A stretch of 64,000 nucleotides of DNA, from NCBI RefSeq assembly GCF_036321535.1, contig NC_087445.1:4526001-4590000 (forward strand), given 5' to 3'. Both the position numbers and the translations under genes were made by a program. Shown one piece after another: positions 38,222 through 50,083 of this stretch. Under the pieces are notes generated by a model. That model saw only the letters and a list, made by a program, of their open reading frames with translations. It did not search any database and was not told where the DNA came from. The number at the start of each line of letters is the position of its first letter. The stretch's first letter is position 1. The DNA is from Camelus dromedarius. Taxonomy: Eukaryota.

Positions 38222-38857
38222 GTCTAACGTTAATGGTATCCCCCTTACTAGGGACTGATATAAGAAGAACTCTGAACCAGCAAAAGATAGTAAGATTTAA
38301 AATGAAATTTGTAAGAGTCTTTGGAATTTTGTCCTGGCTTCTAGAATCTGCCTTTTCTCCTGCTGTGAAGTCAGGAACTGCCACTGCCACTATGCCACTC
38401 TGGGTCTGCGGCTCAAAGGTAAGGTCCATACACACAGGAGGGTCGAAGGTAAAGTCCAAATGCACAGGAGAGCATAACCACTGGACAAAGTTAGCCCTGA
38501 AGCCTACACTACCCCTCTGACCTCTCAGTTTTGTGAGCCAATAATTATCTTCGGGTGTAAGACAGTTTAGTTCTTATATCGTAGTCAATACGCATCCTAA
38601 CTGACTCAAGAAGTATTCCAACTCAATTATCTGAGAAATTTGAAATAAAAAAAGAAAAGAAAGCCATTATGAGAATGTTGAAAACCCTAGACAGAGGAAG
38701 GAAGGAGGAAGGAGTACATTATTTTGAAGCTTCTGAGTTCATTTTCAATCCTGTTTTAATAGTAGAACTTTGTAAGAGTACAGATACACCTGATAAAAGA
38801 GGGGAATCAAATGCTCCCAAAGAACCATTGCTGTAGAGCCTGACTTGTCCTGTATCC

Positions 38858-39640
38858 TTCATTCACTCCACAAATATTTCTAGAGAGTCTGCTATGAGTC
38901 AGGTAATGTTCTACGTACCAGCAAACATACTGGTAAACAAAACAGGCAAGCCTCTGCCCTTGTTGAACTTATATTGCAGAGAAGGGAGATGGACAAGAAA
39001 CAAATAACCATAATAAACACTTAAATTTCATGGCAGGCGACAAAGTGCACACAGTACTACAAGAGTAAAAAAAAAAAAAAAAAAAAAAAAGACCAGGTGA
39101 GGGGGGTTGAGAAAGCAGAAGAGAGGGTGGTGGGTAGCAATTTAAACGCATAGTCAGATTGGCCTCTTGGAGAATCTGATATGGAGGGAGAATGTGATCC
39201 TCTTTAACCAAAGATATGAAAGAGATGAGGATGTGACCAAAGGGAAGGAAAGCTTTCTAGACAGAGGGAACAGCCAGTGTGAAGCCCTGAAGAGCTTTCC
39301 TGGTGTGATGAAGGAATTGCAGGAAGGCTGGGTAGGGGTGGGGAGTGAGATCAGAAGTAAAGGGAGGGGCCTTGTAGGCATTGTAAGAACTTCAGCTTTT
39401 ACTCCCAGAGAAATGGGGAGACACTGAGGGGTTTTGAGGGGGAAATCAGAATCTAGCTCAGATTTTAACCTGAGTTTCCTGGCAACAGTGTTGAGAATAG
39501 ATAAAGAAGGATAAAAGTGAAAGTTGATTGTAGCAATGTACGGAAGCAATGGTGGTGACTGACGTCAGGCTGGAAACTGGAGGTGGTGAGAAGACACTAG
39601 ACTCTACATATTTCAAGGAGGAATCAACAGAATTCACTAA
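38858..39640 (-). mobile_element. L2 fragment
   Basis: ttcattcactccacaaatatt..cctctgcccttgttgaactta..cagccagtgtgaagccctga..gccttgtaggcattgtaagaacttcagctttta. Confidence 0.75.
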
Positions 39641-40066
39641 TGTTGAATAATAATCAGTATCAAGGCTGCAAAGAACAAAAAGCTTTATTTGGGGTCTTAG
39701 GAACTGCAATTCAGGAGACAGATTCAGGTAAAACCTAGTGTTCTGGAGAAGAGAGTTAGGGGCTTATAAAAGCAAAATGCCACAAGGTTGTTAAAGTCCT
39801 TGCAAGGTTGTAAAAATTCTTGCAAGAATTATGATTGGCTCTGATGCAAAAAGGGAAATATTTGTCCTTAAGGGATAGGCTGTCACAAATTATTTACGAT
39901 AAGGATCCAAAACTATCTTATGTTTCTGAAACATTGTACAGATGTTCTGGATGCCTATGTTAAGATAATAAGTGGTCAAAAGTTGAGATTCCATCCGAGT
40001 TGAGACATGTATAAGTCTCACTTCCTCCACAGCTTCCCAGCTCCATTTTACAGAGTTCTCTTAGCA
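39641..40066 (-). mobile_element. ERV-class solo LTR (family not identified)
   Basis: TG...CA ends (left end uncertain). On the minus strand CCAAT (39834-38), TATAA (39764-68) and AATAAA (39684-89) occur in U3-R-U5 order, with a ~20-bp tandem duplication at 39784-39830. Confidence 0.6.
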
Positions 40067-40964
40067 ATACTGACTACTCCATTCTGATTTTCCTTTCACA
40101 CTAATAAAATGGATAAAAAGCACTACAAAAAAAAAATTGGCTGACAAAACTCTGAATACAACTCTTAACACTCCTGACTCCATGGCCCTACAGGATAAAA
40201 GAGCACTGGGTTTGTTACAGGTTGACTTGTCAAGATGTAATACAATGTTAAGCTTCTGGTTCAAGATAAAAGACACATTGTAATACCGGGAGCAGCCATA
40301 AAGTCCTCTAAACCAGACAGTCTCGACACTTCTGCTCCAAGTTGTTGGAAACATGTCTTCACCCTTCAGCCATCAGCACAAAGTTCCTGCAAAACTAAGT
40401 ATCCCCTCCAGTGACATCCAAAGAAGAATCAAACCAAACTTTCCAACTGGATTTTATGGATCCCCATGGCCAATTTAAATTCCCATTGCAGTACAACATG
40501 GACAGAAAGAGGTACCTTAATCTGTCAGTATCTTTTGATTAGGATTGCATCTCGTTTTAGAGAGCCTATTTATCTTCAAGATGACTCTGAAAAGCACATT
40601 TAGAATAGAAGTTAGGCTTTGGGTAACACTCTGAAAATGCAAATAAGAAATATTTTAAGCCCTTAAAAAGATGTACCCTCTGCTGCTCCTCCAGAATTCT
40701 AGACAGTCGAGGCTGACTTTTCCTAACTTTTCCTAAACCAGTCCTTCCATCCAGAATTACGCGACTGCGCTGCTGTTGCATATAATAAACGTAATTGTGT
40801 ATCATCACATTCTTTTTGGACTCAATATAAGGCCACTGTCTGCATGTCGAACAGATTGACTTGACTGTCATGTATTTCCATAACCAGAGTATCTAGATAA
40901 GACATTATACAAGAGTTGCACCTACCTGTTTTAAATCACCTTTAGTATAGACAGTGGTCAACAA

Positions 40965-41150
40965 CAGACTCTGCCTCATCAGGGTTTGGATTCCAGCGGT
41001 GCCATTTACTTCACCGTAAATGTTCCTTCTCCATCTTTAAAAACGGGGATAATGGTATTTTCCTAGTGGAGTTGTTGTGTGGATTAAGTGAGTAATTATT
41101 TGTAAAGCCCTCAGAACAGTGCCGGCAACAGCCAGTACTAATGTGTTCAT
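40965..41150 (+). mobile_element. MIR SINE
   Basis: gggtttggattccagcggtgccatttact..catctttaaaaacggggataatggta..gttgttgtgtggattaagtgag..gtaaagccctcagaacagtgccggca. Confidence 0.75.
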
Positions 41151-41539
41151 TTTAAGACCATTATCCCCACAGAATCTCATGGATTTAAATGTAAATTTTC
41201 TTAAGAAGCAGAGAAGTCAGAATTGTCACATTTCCTCAACGCTCCCTAATTATATTAGTTGCTCGAGGCTTTCAAAGCATTTGGAACACTGCAGACAGCA
41301 GGGAACGTCAGTCAAAAGAAAACATGAGGTAGTGTGAGGGGAAGAGCCCAAGTTGTTTGCTAATTCCAGATGTGCATTCGCCGTTCAAAGACTCAAGTTA
41401 TGACCCTTCTTGGTCATCCTTTGCGATTATACATTTTCTTCAAAACACAGTTCTGTTCTTAAGATACACTAGTCCGTACACAATCCAAGAAAAAAAAAAG
41501 CACAGCATTTCCCTTGACTACACTGAGATCTGGGTGAAC

Positions 41540-42780
41540 AGCGGAAGCTTAAACGCTGGCGTTTTTAGAGAGTCGGTAATTAAGACCTCACTGAGACGTT
41601 CAACCACTCGAATTATCAGAAAAACAGCAAAAGCGCCACGAGGCCTCAGACCCAGGCTGAACTTGCTCTGGAACCGACCAGAAGCATCCAGGGACAAAGC
41701 CGAGCCTCCGAGCCGACCCGGGCGTGCGGCTGCGCCCCCACCGCGGGCTCTGGGTCTCTCTCGGAGAACGAGAGGCTTCCCCGCACGCTTCCCGGTGCTT
41801 TCGAGGCCTACGAGAGAGAGGAGCCTAGGCGAGGACCCCCCCCCGAGAGAAAAGTTGAGGAGAGCGAGCGCTGCGAACCAGACCAGACGCCCGACGCCCG
41901 GAAGACGCGCGCGCCGAGCTGCGGCGGCGGCGGAAGTGGGAGGGGCAGGGCGGCGGGCGTTTCCGGCGTGCGGGGCGGAGCTGTCGGGCGGGGGCCCCGC
42001 CGGCTCCCAATCGCGCACAATGAGACAGCGCTGAGCGCCGGAAGTGGGGCTGAAGGAAAACACGGAGAGGGAGCCCTGCCGGGACAGGAAGAGGCGGGGG
42101 ACCGCGGCGGAGGTGGTGAGTCCTCCCAGGTGCCTTTTCCCCCGCGTTCCTCTCAGACTCTTGTCTGGTGTGGGTCTCCGGTGGGTTCTCCGGTCTCTAG
42201 AGTAGAGGGCGGGCCCGGCCTGGGAGATACGCTGGCTCCATCCCTCGCCGGCCTCCTTGCCCCAGTTGCGAGGACCTGGGAGCCCCCAGGCCGCCGGGTG
42301 CTGAGCTCTCGGGCTCGAGTCCGCATCTTCACTTTGTGTCAGACCCTGCGGGAGCAGGAGGAGAAGGGATCTGGGTGGAGGCACTCGGCCCTGGCCCCCT
42401 GTCCTGCCAGGGGGACCCCGGAACCCCATTGAGGAGGTAGGTCACTTCCTGCTTCCTGGTCCCCGCGATGGCTTCGTGGCTAGGAGTGCGGAGACGCCTC
42501 CTGTTTTTCCGCCTCGGGTTCGAAGGGTGGAAACTGAGGCAGATCCGGGGCGGGGCGGTCACAAGGGGATCGAAGAGGGAGAATTGCTGTTCCTGACAAA
42601 ACCAAACTTGTTTGGGGTGAAAGGATGAGGACAGAGAGGTTAGCTGGAGTTGTCCCTTAGTCGGAAAGCTAGTCTCTGACTGGAGCGGAGCCTTGGTCGG
42701 GAGCCCAGCCCCTCTAACCGAGCTGATCGAAGCCTGTCGTTCTGAATAGTGGTGAGCGCAGCCGAGGCCCCGGGGTAGGG
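41540..42780. promoter_or_regulatory. TUT7: CpG-island promoter of TUT7
   Basis: Sharp rise in GC and CpG density relative to the AT-rich flanks. ETS/GABPA-type motifs CGGAAGT (41931-41937) and CCGGAAGT (42038-42045), GC boxes (GGGGCGGAGC ~41972-41981), CCAAT at 42007-42011, no TATA box. Lies directly upstream of TUT7 coding exon 2. Confidence 0.9.
42035..42115 (+). other. TUT7: TUT7 non-coding exon 1 (start approximate)
   Basis: Consensus donor GTG|gtgagt at 42115/42116 inside the CpG island. The TSS is inferred near the CCGGAAGT motif and is not directly observable. Confidence 0.65.
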
Positions 42781-43289
42781 AGAGGGGACGGGAAAGTGGA
42801 GTTCAGAGATGTACTACGCCCACAGAAAGTTTCGGTTACTTTGTTTAACATTTAAAAGTAATTGCCATTTTGTCTTCAAAAGACTGTTTTGGGAGTTCTC
42901 TAAAGTACAGGCTTGGGGTGAGGTATTTAGGTTTGGGGGGATTGGGGGGGCGTTGAAAAGAAAAGCTTTTGTTGTATAGGTAAAAGCCAACCAGCTTAGT
43001 ATGAGTGACATTTTTTATACTGTACTTTCTAAGGCAAATTTAATCTTGATGTTAAATAGTGAATACTAAACTAATTTTCATGAATGTTGTAGGACTAAGC
43101 CTCCTAACTTCTAGAATAATGCACTGACTATTGGGATGTGATGGAAAAGAAGAGTTTCTTACAGGCTTTTGAGTATTTGCAGTAAATGTGTCGTATTTTG
43201 TGTACTTGGTATGGTATCTTGTTATAGTTTGATGTTTCTCCAAAATGCCTTCTTTCAGGTGCAGAGTAAGAAAATTGAAGTCAAAGACC

Positions 43290-43809
43290 ATGGGAGATGC
43301 CGCCAAACCTTATTTTGTGAAGCGTACTAAAGAGCGAGGGGCTACAGATGATGAGGATTTCAGAAGGGGTCACTCGCAACAAGATTATTTAATAATGGAT
43401 GATTATGCTAAAGGCCATAGCAGTAAAATGGAAAAAGGCCTTCCAAAAAAAAAAGTAATACCAGGGAACTATGGGAATACCCCCAGAAAAGGACCCTATG
43501 CTGTTTCCAGCAATCCATATGCATTTAAGAACCCAATTTACAGTCAGCCTGCTTGGATAAATGACAACCACAAAGATCAGAGTAAGAGATGGCTATCCGA
43601 TGAACTTGCTGGGAATTCAGACAATTGGAGAGAATTCAAACCTGGACCTAGAATTCCTGTTATAAACCGACCAAGAAAGGACTCCTTTCAAGAAAGTGAA
43701 GATGGATATAGGTGGCAAGACGGAAGAGGCTACAGAACTGTAAGACGACTGTTTCATAAAGACCTGACAAGCCTGGAAACCATGTCAGAAATGGAAGCAG
43801 GAAGCCCTG
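43290..43809 (+). CDS. TUT7: TUT7 exon 2 coding part (exon starts 43259; ATG at 43290)
   Basis: Acceptor tctttcag|G at 43258/43259. Translates MGDAAKPYFVKRTKERG...SEMEAGSP, matching the recalled TUT7/ZCCHC6 N-terminus. Donor CTG|gtaatg; 520 coding nt (phase 1). Confidence 0.97.
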
Positions 43810-44255
43810 GTAATGTTTCCAGCTTGTCAAGTTACAACCCTTTACTGGTTTCAGTAAAACCAAGACCATTTCTAAGTGCTCTATGTGCTCAATAATAATT
43901 GCCTCAGAGTTATTATTTATACCTTTTTCTAAAAGGTGAATAGATTTTGTCCATGTACCAATAACTTCCATAAACGGAAAGATTATTTTTACCTAATGGG
44001 CTATATGTGCTGAAATGAAATACAGTCATAAATTTGAAGGAAAAGATAAGGTAATATTTAGTCTGAAAATGCAAATGATGCTTGGAAAATTATTCTTGGA
44101 AAAAATGGGCTTTTAAGTTTATTGGCTGTAAGCCTTTTTTTTTTTAAAGTGGCCAGCACTTTAAACATTTTTTTAATTTCAATGCTTTCAGGCAACATTG
44201 GCACTTTCTAGGCCTCCAGAAACCCTCTTCCTTCTTATTATCTCACAGTGACCAG

Positions 44256-44275
44256 TATATATATATATATATATA
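44256..44275. repeat. (TA)10 microsatellite
   Basis: Direct inspection. Confidence 0.9.
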
Positions 44276-45859
44276 AAACCTATAAGGCATTTGCATTTTT
44301 GATCTGGATGTTTAGAATACTTAACAGGGAAAAAGACATTTTTTTTATCTTCAGTGGGTCTTAGGATAGTTTTAAATGAGAGAAAAGGTGCTGTTTTATA
44401 TTTTTTAAGATAGGAAATGCAAGAGAAAATGCCATGTATCATAAAACAGCAACAGACCTCAGTTATAAAGGAATCAAACAGAAGGGAAGGGCAAGAGCTC
44501 AGCCTGGTAAATCTTTAAGCCAGAGAGAACTTGAAGGAATTGTCTGACAGTGCTCCGTCATGACACATCAAAGGTAGAGTCACGATTTCACAAAGCAGGC
44601 AGCTGTGGCTCCGGAGAGGTTAAATTTATCCAGCCTTGTTTACAAAGAATGATAGATGAGGAAGTGGAACTGAAATCGTGTACTGTGCTCCTCTGGCCAT
44701 GAACTCAGCCTTACTGAACCTGAAATCTGACAGAAGCTGAACACGTATTCATAATTTCTGGGCTTTCAATTTTAAAAGTTTGCATGTCTTTAAACGTTTC
44801 CATATTACTCTGTCCAGGCAGGGCATGGGCATTTTAATTTAGTTACCAATTGTGGGTCTTTCAAAAGAAAAAGTTGGTCTTGAGCAGCATTGTAGAAAGA
44901 AAGATTTACAGGTCAAAAGTTTGCAACCAGATACTAAAAGGGGCTGTTTACAGATCAAAAACCTCTTATTCTGTATTCCTATTTAGCCTTAAAAGCAACT
45001 AAAGTAAGTTGCTTTTAAGTGGTATTGAGTAGGAACTGCAGTTTTTTTCCTGTATTTTTGTTGAAGATAATCAAAAACTCCCGGGTTTTCTCCATATGAA
45101 ATTACAGGTGTGTACTTTCCCAGTCTCCAAATGAAGGACTATTCAGTTTCTATCCCTTGAAAATCTTCATGAAGGAAATACTAAGCTTTGGCATAACATT
45201 GCTTACTGTAGAGAGAGATTTAGTTTAACATATAAACCTTGCAGTGTACCTAGAGGATCCTAAAAATGATCTCATTAAAGGGACTGAAAATAAAGTTCTT
45301 ACTAAATGATGTAAGAGGATGTAATGAAAATTCTCTTAGAGTTGCTTTGTTTTTTAGTACTAACTTTCTATTTTTCAGTTCTACATTACTGCTCCTACTT
45401 CATCCCTCAAATACCCTAGGTTGCCAATTTAATATATTTGGGACAATGCCATTAATGATCTTAGGTAGAAAACACCCACTCAAATACACATGTCCTTTAT
45501 GAATAGAATAATGGCCCATATGCAAATAAAATATGAGAAACTTAGAATACTGTATATCGAGAATTCATATTACTACAAAAACCTGGGATGAGCCAAGAGT
45601 CTTCCTCTAAGTAATTATGGGAATTCTTTAGCAACATCCACCTTTGCCTTCCTAAATTCCCTCCAGTGAGATTTTATTTGACTGTTTTTACCATGCAGGC
45701 CTGTGAAACTCAGTTCAGAAGGTTATATGTCCTTGTTAATCCTGATCTAATTCAGATGTGAACAGGTACGCTACAGGAAGGAATTTTAGTAAGTTCCTTT
45801 CAATCCTTATATTGTCAGACAGAAAGCTGAATTTGAAAATTCCATCTGTGCTTTAATCT

Positions 45860-46070
45860 GTTTCAGATCCTTTATTTGACTTAGTCATGTGTCCCTGGAC
45901 AAGTTACCTATTTTCTTGGACCAGCATTTTCCCCTTCTGTACAGTAGGGGTAATATTAGCGTCCATGACCAGATCACCATAGGGATTAAACTGAGGCAGT
46001 GCACATAAAGTGCCTGAATTGCATCTGTCACATGATAAAATACTCAGCATTGGTAACCGCAGTTACTATC
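45860..46070 (+). mobile_element. MIR SINE
   Basis: agtcatgtgtccctggacaagttacctattttcttggaccagcattttccccttctgtacagtagggg..gggattaaactgag..aaagtgcct. Confidence 0.65.
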
Positions 46071-47275
46071 ATCAGACAAAACTTGTGCAGCCATCCACTT
46101 CTCTGTATAAAAACTATCAAGTGTTAACTGTGCTCTTTGGAGGGAAATTAAAGTCACTCTTTCTAGAAAATGATAGCAAATATAATTATATTGAGAAGCC
46201 TTTGTGATCAAGAGAGGAGGGGTTAAAAAAAATTTGGTTTCATATCAGTTTCTGTTTTGTGAACTAATAATGGACATTTCTAACAGGTATTGCACATGTT
46301 AGTGTAAATCTTTAATGAGTGTTTGCCTAAGAAACTTCTACCCTAAATACTGAAGTCAGATGCAATTATTTAGTTAGTAATGATAAGCAAATTAAATGAG
46401 AATAGACATACTTCTAAGTTAAAAGAAGTGCTTATCTCAAAAGTTTATGCAGACCAAGAGTACTGTCCTTAAGAGATTGTGATAATTTAATGAAAAAAGC
46501 AATAGACTGATTTTCTCTTCGAACAACTACTTATTTTTTAGTATTTTATTTGTTTGGTCCAGTTTGATTGCTTTTTTAAATTAAGTGTATTTGTCTTAAT
46601 ACTTTAATTTTTTAAAATTGCTGCTTTATTGTAGTATAGAAGCTGTTTGCAGAATTTCATTGTATTCATCTTAAGATAGTTTGAGCACAATGCTTGCTGT
46701 TTTTCCTTTAGAGCTGTTGGTGATAGCTTTTCTCAATATTAGAGGTCCAGTTAACCCTCCTTTCCTGAAAGAATTTTTTTTCAGTCAATTGATTCATTAT
46801 ACCTTCTATACAAGTAATGAGTTCCACTGAAAAGCTGATGCAGCAGTTGCCTCATGCAGAGCATTTCAATAGGTTTATATTTTTAGAGAATAATTTTTGG
46901 TAAGCCACTTAAAAACTACTCAGTCCCCTTAGCACAATTTTAATTGACAAATTGAATTTCATTGTACTCTTATGTGTTACTAGTAGCTTCACTTCAGAAC
47001 TTGATAGAAGTTACCAAAGCTATTTTAAACAATTTTTTGTAGATCAATCCCTCAAGCATCTTGTTTCACTGAAGTTAAGACACAAGTTTCAAAAAAGGAA
47101 TAGATTCATTTATTAGTTATAAGGATTATAGAACTAACCCCAGAGTTTATAAGCAAATGAAATCAGTCTGTTTGTAAAAAACTTTTATTTAAACTACTAA
47201 TTGTCTTTTTTTCTTTGAAATGTGCTCATTGTGCAGACGTTCAAAGAAGCTAAAGTGAAAGTAAAGATAAAATGG

Positions 47276-47426
47276 TTTTTTGTTTTTGTTGTTGGTTTTT
47301 TTTTTTTTTTTTTTTGGAAGGGAGGTAATTAGATTTATTTATTTATTTGATGGAGGTACTGCGGATTGAACCCAGGACCCATGCATGCTAAGCATGCGCT
47401 CTACCACTTGAGCTATGCCCTCCCAG
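47276..47426 (-). mobile_element. Camelid tRNA-Ala-derived SINE (vic-1 type) in TUT7 intron 2
   Basis: Antisense copy with a T-tail; perfect TSD GATAAAATGG (47266-75 / 47427-36). Confidence 0.92.
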
Positions 47427-47942
47427 GATAAAATGGATAATAGTTGTTCTCAATAAATAAAGTTTTGGCATGGACTTCTTGATATCAATGTGGGGAGAGG
47501 GCCCAATGCTAACTTTTCAATTAAATGGTGGTTTTTAACTCTAGTTAAAAATGTAGTTGATTTCTGAGTTCTCTGGAGATACATTGTCCATCTTTGCCCT
47601 GTTGAGATTGTTCAGGTATACTTGCCTTCAAAAGATAATTTTTACTACTGCTTGAGTATGTTCAGCAGTGTATCAGAAAGATGATAAAATCAGTGTCTGA
47701 TTGAAGTAGTATTCTTCTAAGGTTTCCAAAAATACAGTTTCTCTGAATAGATGTATCCAGATGTGAGGTGCTTAATAAATATTCAATCAATTTATCCGTG
47801 GGAGAGCTATACCTTTCCTTTTGCTCTGCGTTCAGATGTCATTCAGATATTGCAGGATTTCATTAATAAACCTATAAGTTCTGCTTTTTACTCAGAGTGG
47901 TATTATTCAATATTGCCAGTAATATTTTTCTCCTAACTTAAG

Positions 47943-48124
47943 AAAACAAGAAACAGAGGTCCAGACCTAGGAAGCCACGGAGGACTAGAAATGAAGACAA
48001 TGAACAGGATGGAGATTTGGAAGGCCCTGTGATCGACGAGTCTGTGCTTTCAATGAAGGAGCTGCTGGGCTTACAGCAGGCTGAGGAGCGACTGAAAAGA
48101 GACTGCATCGACAGGCTGAAAAGG
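47943..48124 (+). CDS. TUT7: TUT7 exon 3
   Basis: taag|AA AAC...; encodes (E)NKKQRSRPRKPRRTRNEDNEQDGDLEGPVIDESVLSMKELLGLQQAEERLKRDCIDRLKR; donor AGG|gtaaca; 182 nt, phase 1 to 0. Confidence 0.95.
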
Positions 48125-48408
48125 GTAACACCCTTTATTTGTTAGTTAAGATCCTTGTTTTGGTTTAAACTGTGTTAGTAATTAGGAATATGTGCTTTGA
48201 TGAATTATGTATCCTACTTTGATACTTAAGCACTACAAAAGTGATACTCAGTTTGACTTAATAGAATTACTTTAATAAATTACTATTAGCATAGTGATAA
48301 AGAGACAGTGATACATGAACAATTTTAAAGTAAATGGGAAATCATCTTCTGGCGAATTTTTGTTTACCTGTATTTTGTCTCTTTCTCTCTATATATATCT
48401 CTATAAAT

Positions 48409-48463
48409 ATGTTTGTGTATATGTGTGTGTGTGTATATATATATGTATATATATATATATATG
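48409..48463. repeat. Compound (TG)n(TA)n microsatellite next to the exon 4 acceptor
   Basis: Bracketed by TCTCTATAAAT direct repeats (48398-408 / 48464-474). Confidence 0.9.
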
Positions 48464-48489
48464 TCTCTATAAATCTCTTCGAATTATAG

Positions 48490-48606
48490 CGACCGAGAAA
48501 CTACCCTACAGCAAAGTACACCTGCAGACTTTGTGATGTTTTAATTGAATCCATTGCATTTGCTCATAAGCATATCAAAGAGAAGAGGCACAAGAAAAAC
48601 ATGAAG
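48490..48606 (+). CDS. TUT7: TUT7 exon 4 (C2H2 matrin-type zinc finger)
   Basis: tatag|CGA; RPRNYPTAKYTCRLCDVLIESIAFAHKHIKEKRHKKNMK contains C-x2-C-x12-H-x5-H; donor AAG|gtaagt; 117 nt, phase 0-0. Confidence 0.96.
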
Positions 48607-49105
48607 GTAAGTTTAATGGAAACCAAACAAATATGTGTGCTTGTCAGTTATTACTTGACATCTTTATGACTTTCTTTTCCTTAAGATTATGATACTAATA
48701 ATCTGACTATTTATATCACTGAACTTATTTTAGCCAAAATACTTTATACTGGTCAGATATGTTTTACTGGGCAGTCTTGTGAATTTCCTGAAGGACGGTG
48801 TCAGGATGAATGATGCCATTGGTAGGACTAGGTATATGTCCTTATGCCAGTAATAATAAAGCAAATAATTTGCCATTGCTGTTTTTAATGTTCCTTCTTT
48901 ACACTTTTTCCTTATTCTGGCCTTCCCTCTGTTATCACTTTATGTGCGTAAAGAAGTGTGTGTGTTTGATAAGATGAAGACTAACACAGCAAAAGTGAGG
49001 AGGGCTAAGAAAAATATTCCAGAATATTCTGCAGGGTGTTGTCTCAGTGAATGGTAGAAGGTAAAAACTCTGAGTCGTTTTTAATCTCAACATTGATCTT
49101 AAAAG

Positions 49106-49283
49106 GAGAAGCAGGAGGAAGAGTTGCTCACCACGTTGCCCCCACCTACACCCTCCCAGATAAATGCAATTGGTATTGCCATTGACAAAGTGGTACAGGA
49201 GTTTGGCTTACACAGTGAGAACTTGGAACAGAGACTAGAAATTAAACGTATCATGGAAAATGCGTTCCAATACAAGTTACCAG
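49106..49283 (+). CDS. TUT7: TUT7 exon 5
   Basis: aaaag|GAG; EKQEEELLTTLPPPTPSQINAIGIAIDKVVQEFGLHSENLEQRLEIKRIMENAFQYKLP; donor CAG|gtattt; 178 nt, phase 0 to 1. Confidence 0.95.
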
Positions 49284-49599
49284 GTATTTTCTAGATTTGT
49301 TTTTCTTTTTAGCTACCTAAAAGTACCCTGTTCATTTTTCCTACCAGTAGAAATTCGTGCTTAATAGAAATTGATTTGCCATGTCCTGAAGCTCTTAATA
49401 TTTCGTGTGTTTTTGTTTTTCCTGGCTTTCCTGGCTTATGTGCATTGTCATTATTCCTGTCTTCATCATGAATTTCATTGTGTCCACTTACTTTAAGTTA
49501 AATGCCCCATATTATTGGAGCACTGTGGGACTCTTGTGTATGTATTTGTTTACCTATTTATTTATTTATTTTCTGTCTCTAAGTTTAGTTTTATTTATT

Positions 49600-49700
49600 T
49601 ATTTATTTATTAAAGGATAATTGACATACGCTATATTAGTTTCAGGTGTATGACATGGTGATTCAGTATTTTTGTACATTACAAAATGATCGCCACACCT
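49600..49700 (-). mobile_element. L1MA-type 3' tip
   Basis: tttatttatt..ggataattgacata..tatattagtttcaggtgtatgacatggtgattcagtattt..tacattacaaaatgatcgccaca. Confidence 0.7.
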
Positions 49701-50048
49701 TTCTACCTATTTAAATTGACACAATATTTTGAGTTAAAATTAAGAGAAGTATCCTGGAGTCATTTTTAGGTTATCTGTGTCCAAAAAAGTTTCTATTTAA
49801 CTACCCTCAAAAGAATTGCACCATCTAAAATGGGTTTTGAATTTTAGAAAATTTGTGATAGATTTTGTGTACTGCTGAATTGATTTTTCAAGTTATATCT
49901 GTGATGATACAAAAAACTATTTTTTAGAAAACTCCACATTGATTCTGATCCATAGCTAGGGCTGAAATTACTTTTTAAATTTAACACCATACCAACCATA
50001 GGACTGTTTGTTCTACTGAAAGATTGTTCGTATAGTATATCATTCATG

Positions 50049-50051
<3 letters not shown>

Positions 50052-50083
<32 letters not shown>

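Noticed and set aside
8835-38900. Scattered AP-1 sites (TGACTCA/TGAGTCA at 8835, 11900, 19629, 28724, 29536 and others)
   Set aside because: About 8 are expected by chance in 64 kb (2/16384 per position), and several lie inside repeats; no enrichment.
41357-42562. Long ORFs over the CpG island (225, 303 and 154 aa, both strands)
   Set aside because: They are Arg/Pro/Ala/Gly-rich products of stop-codon depletion in GC-rich DNA, with no recognisable domain, and they overlap the promoter and exon 1.
43245-43895. 216-aa ORF extending TUT7 exon 2 at both ends
   Set aside because: The upstream in-frame ATG (43245) is intronic, 14 nt before the acceptor, and the last 28 codons are read-through into intron 2 past a good donor. 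No poly(A) signal supports a terminal-exon isoform.
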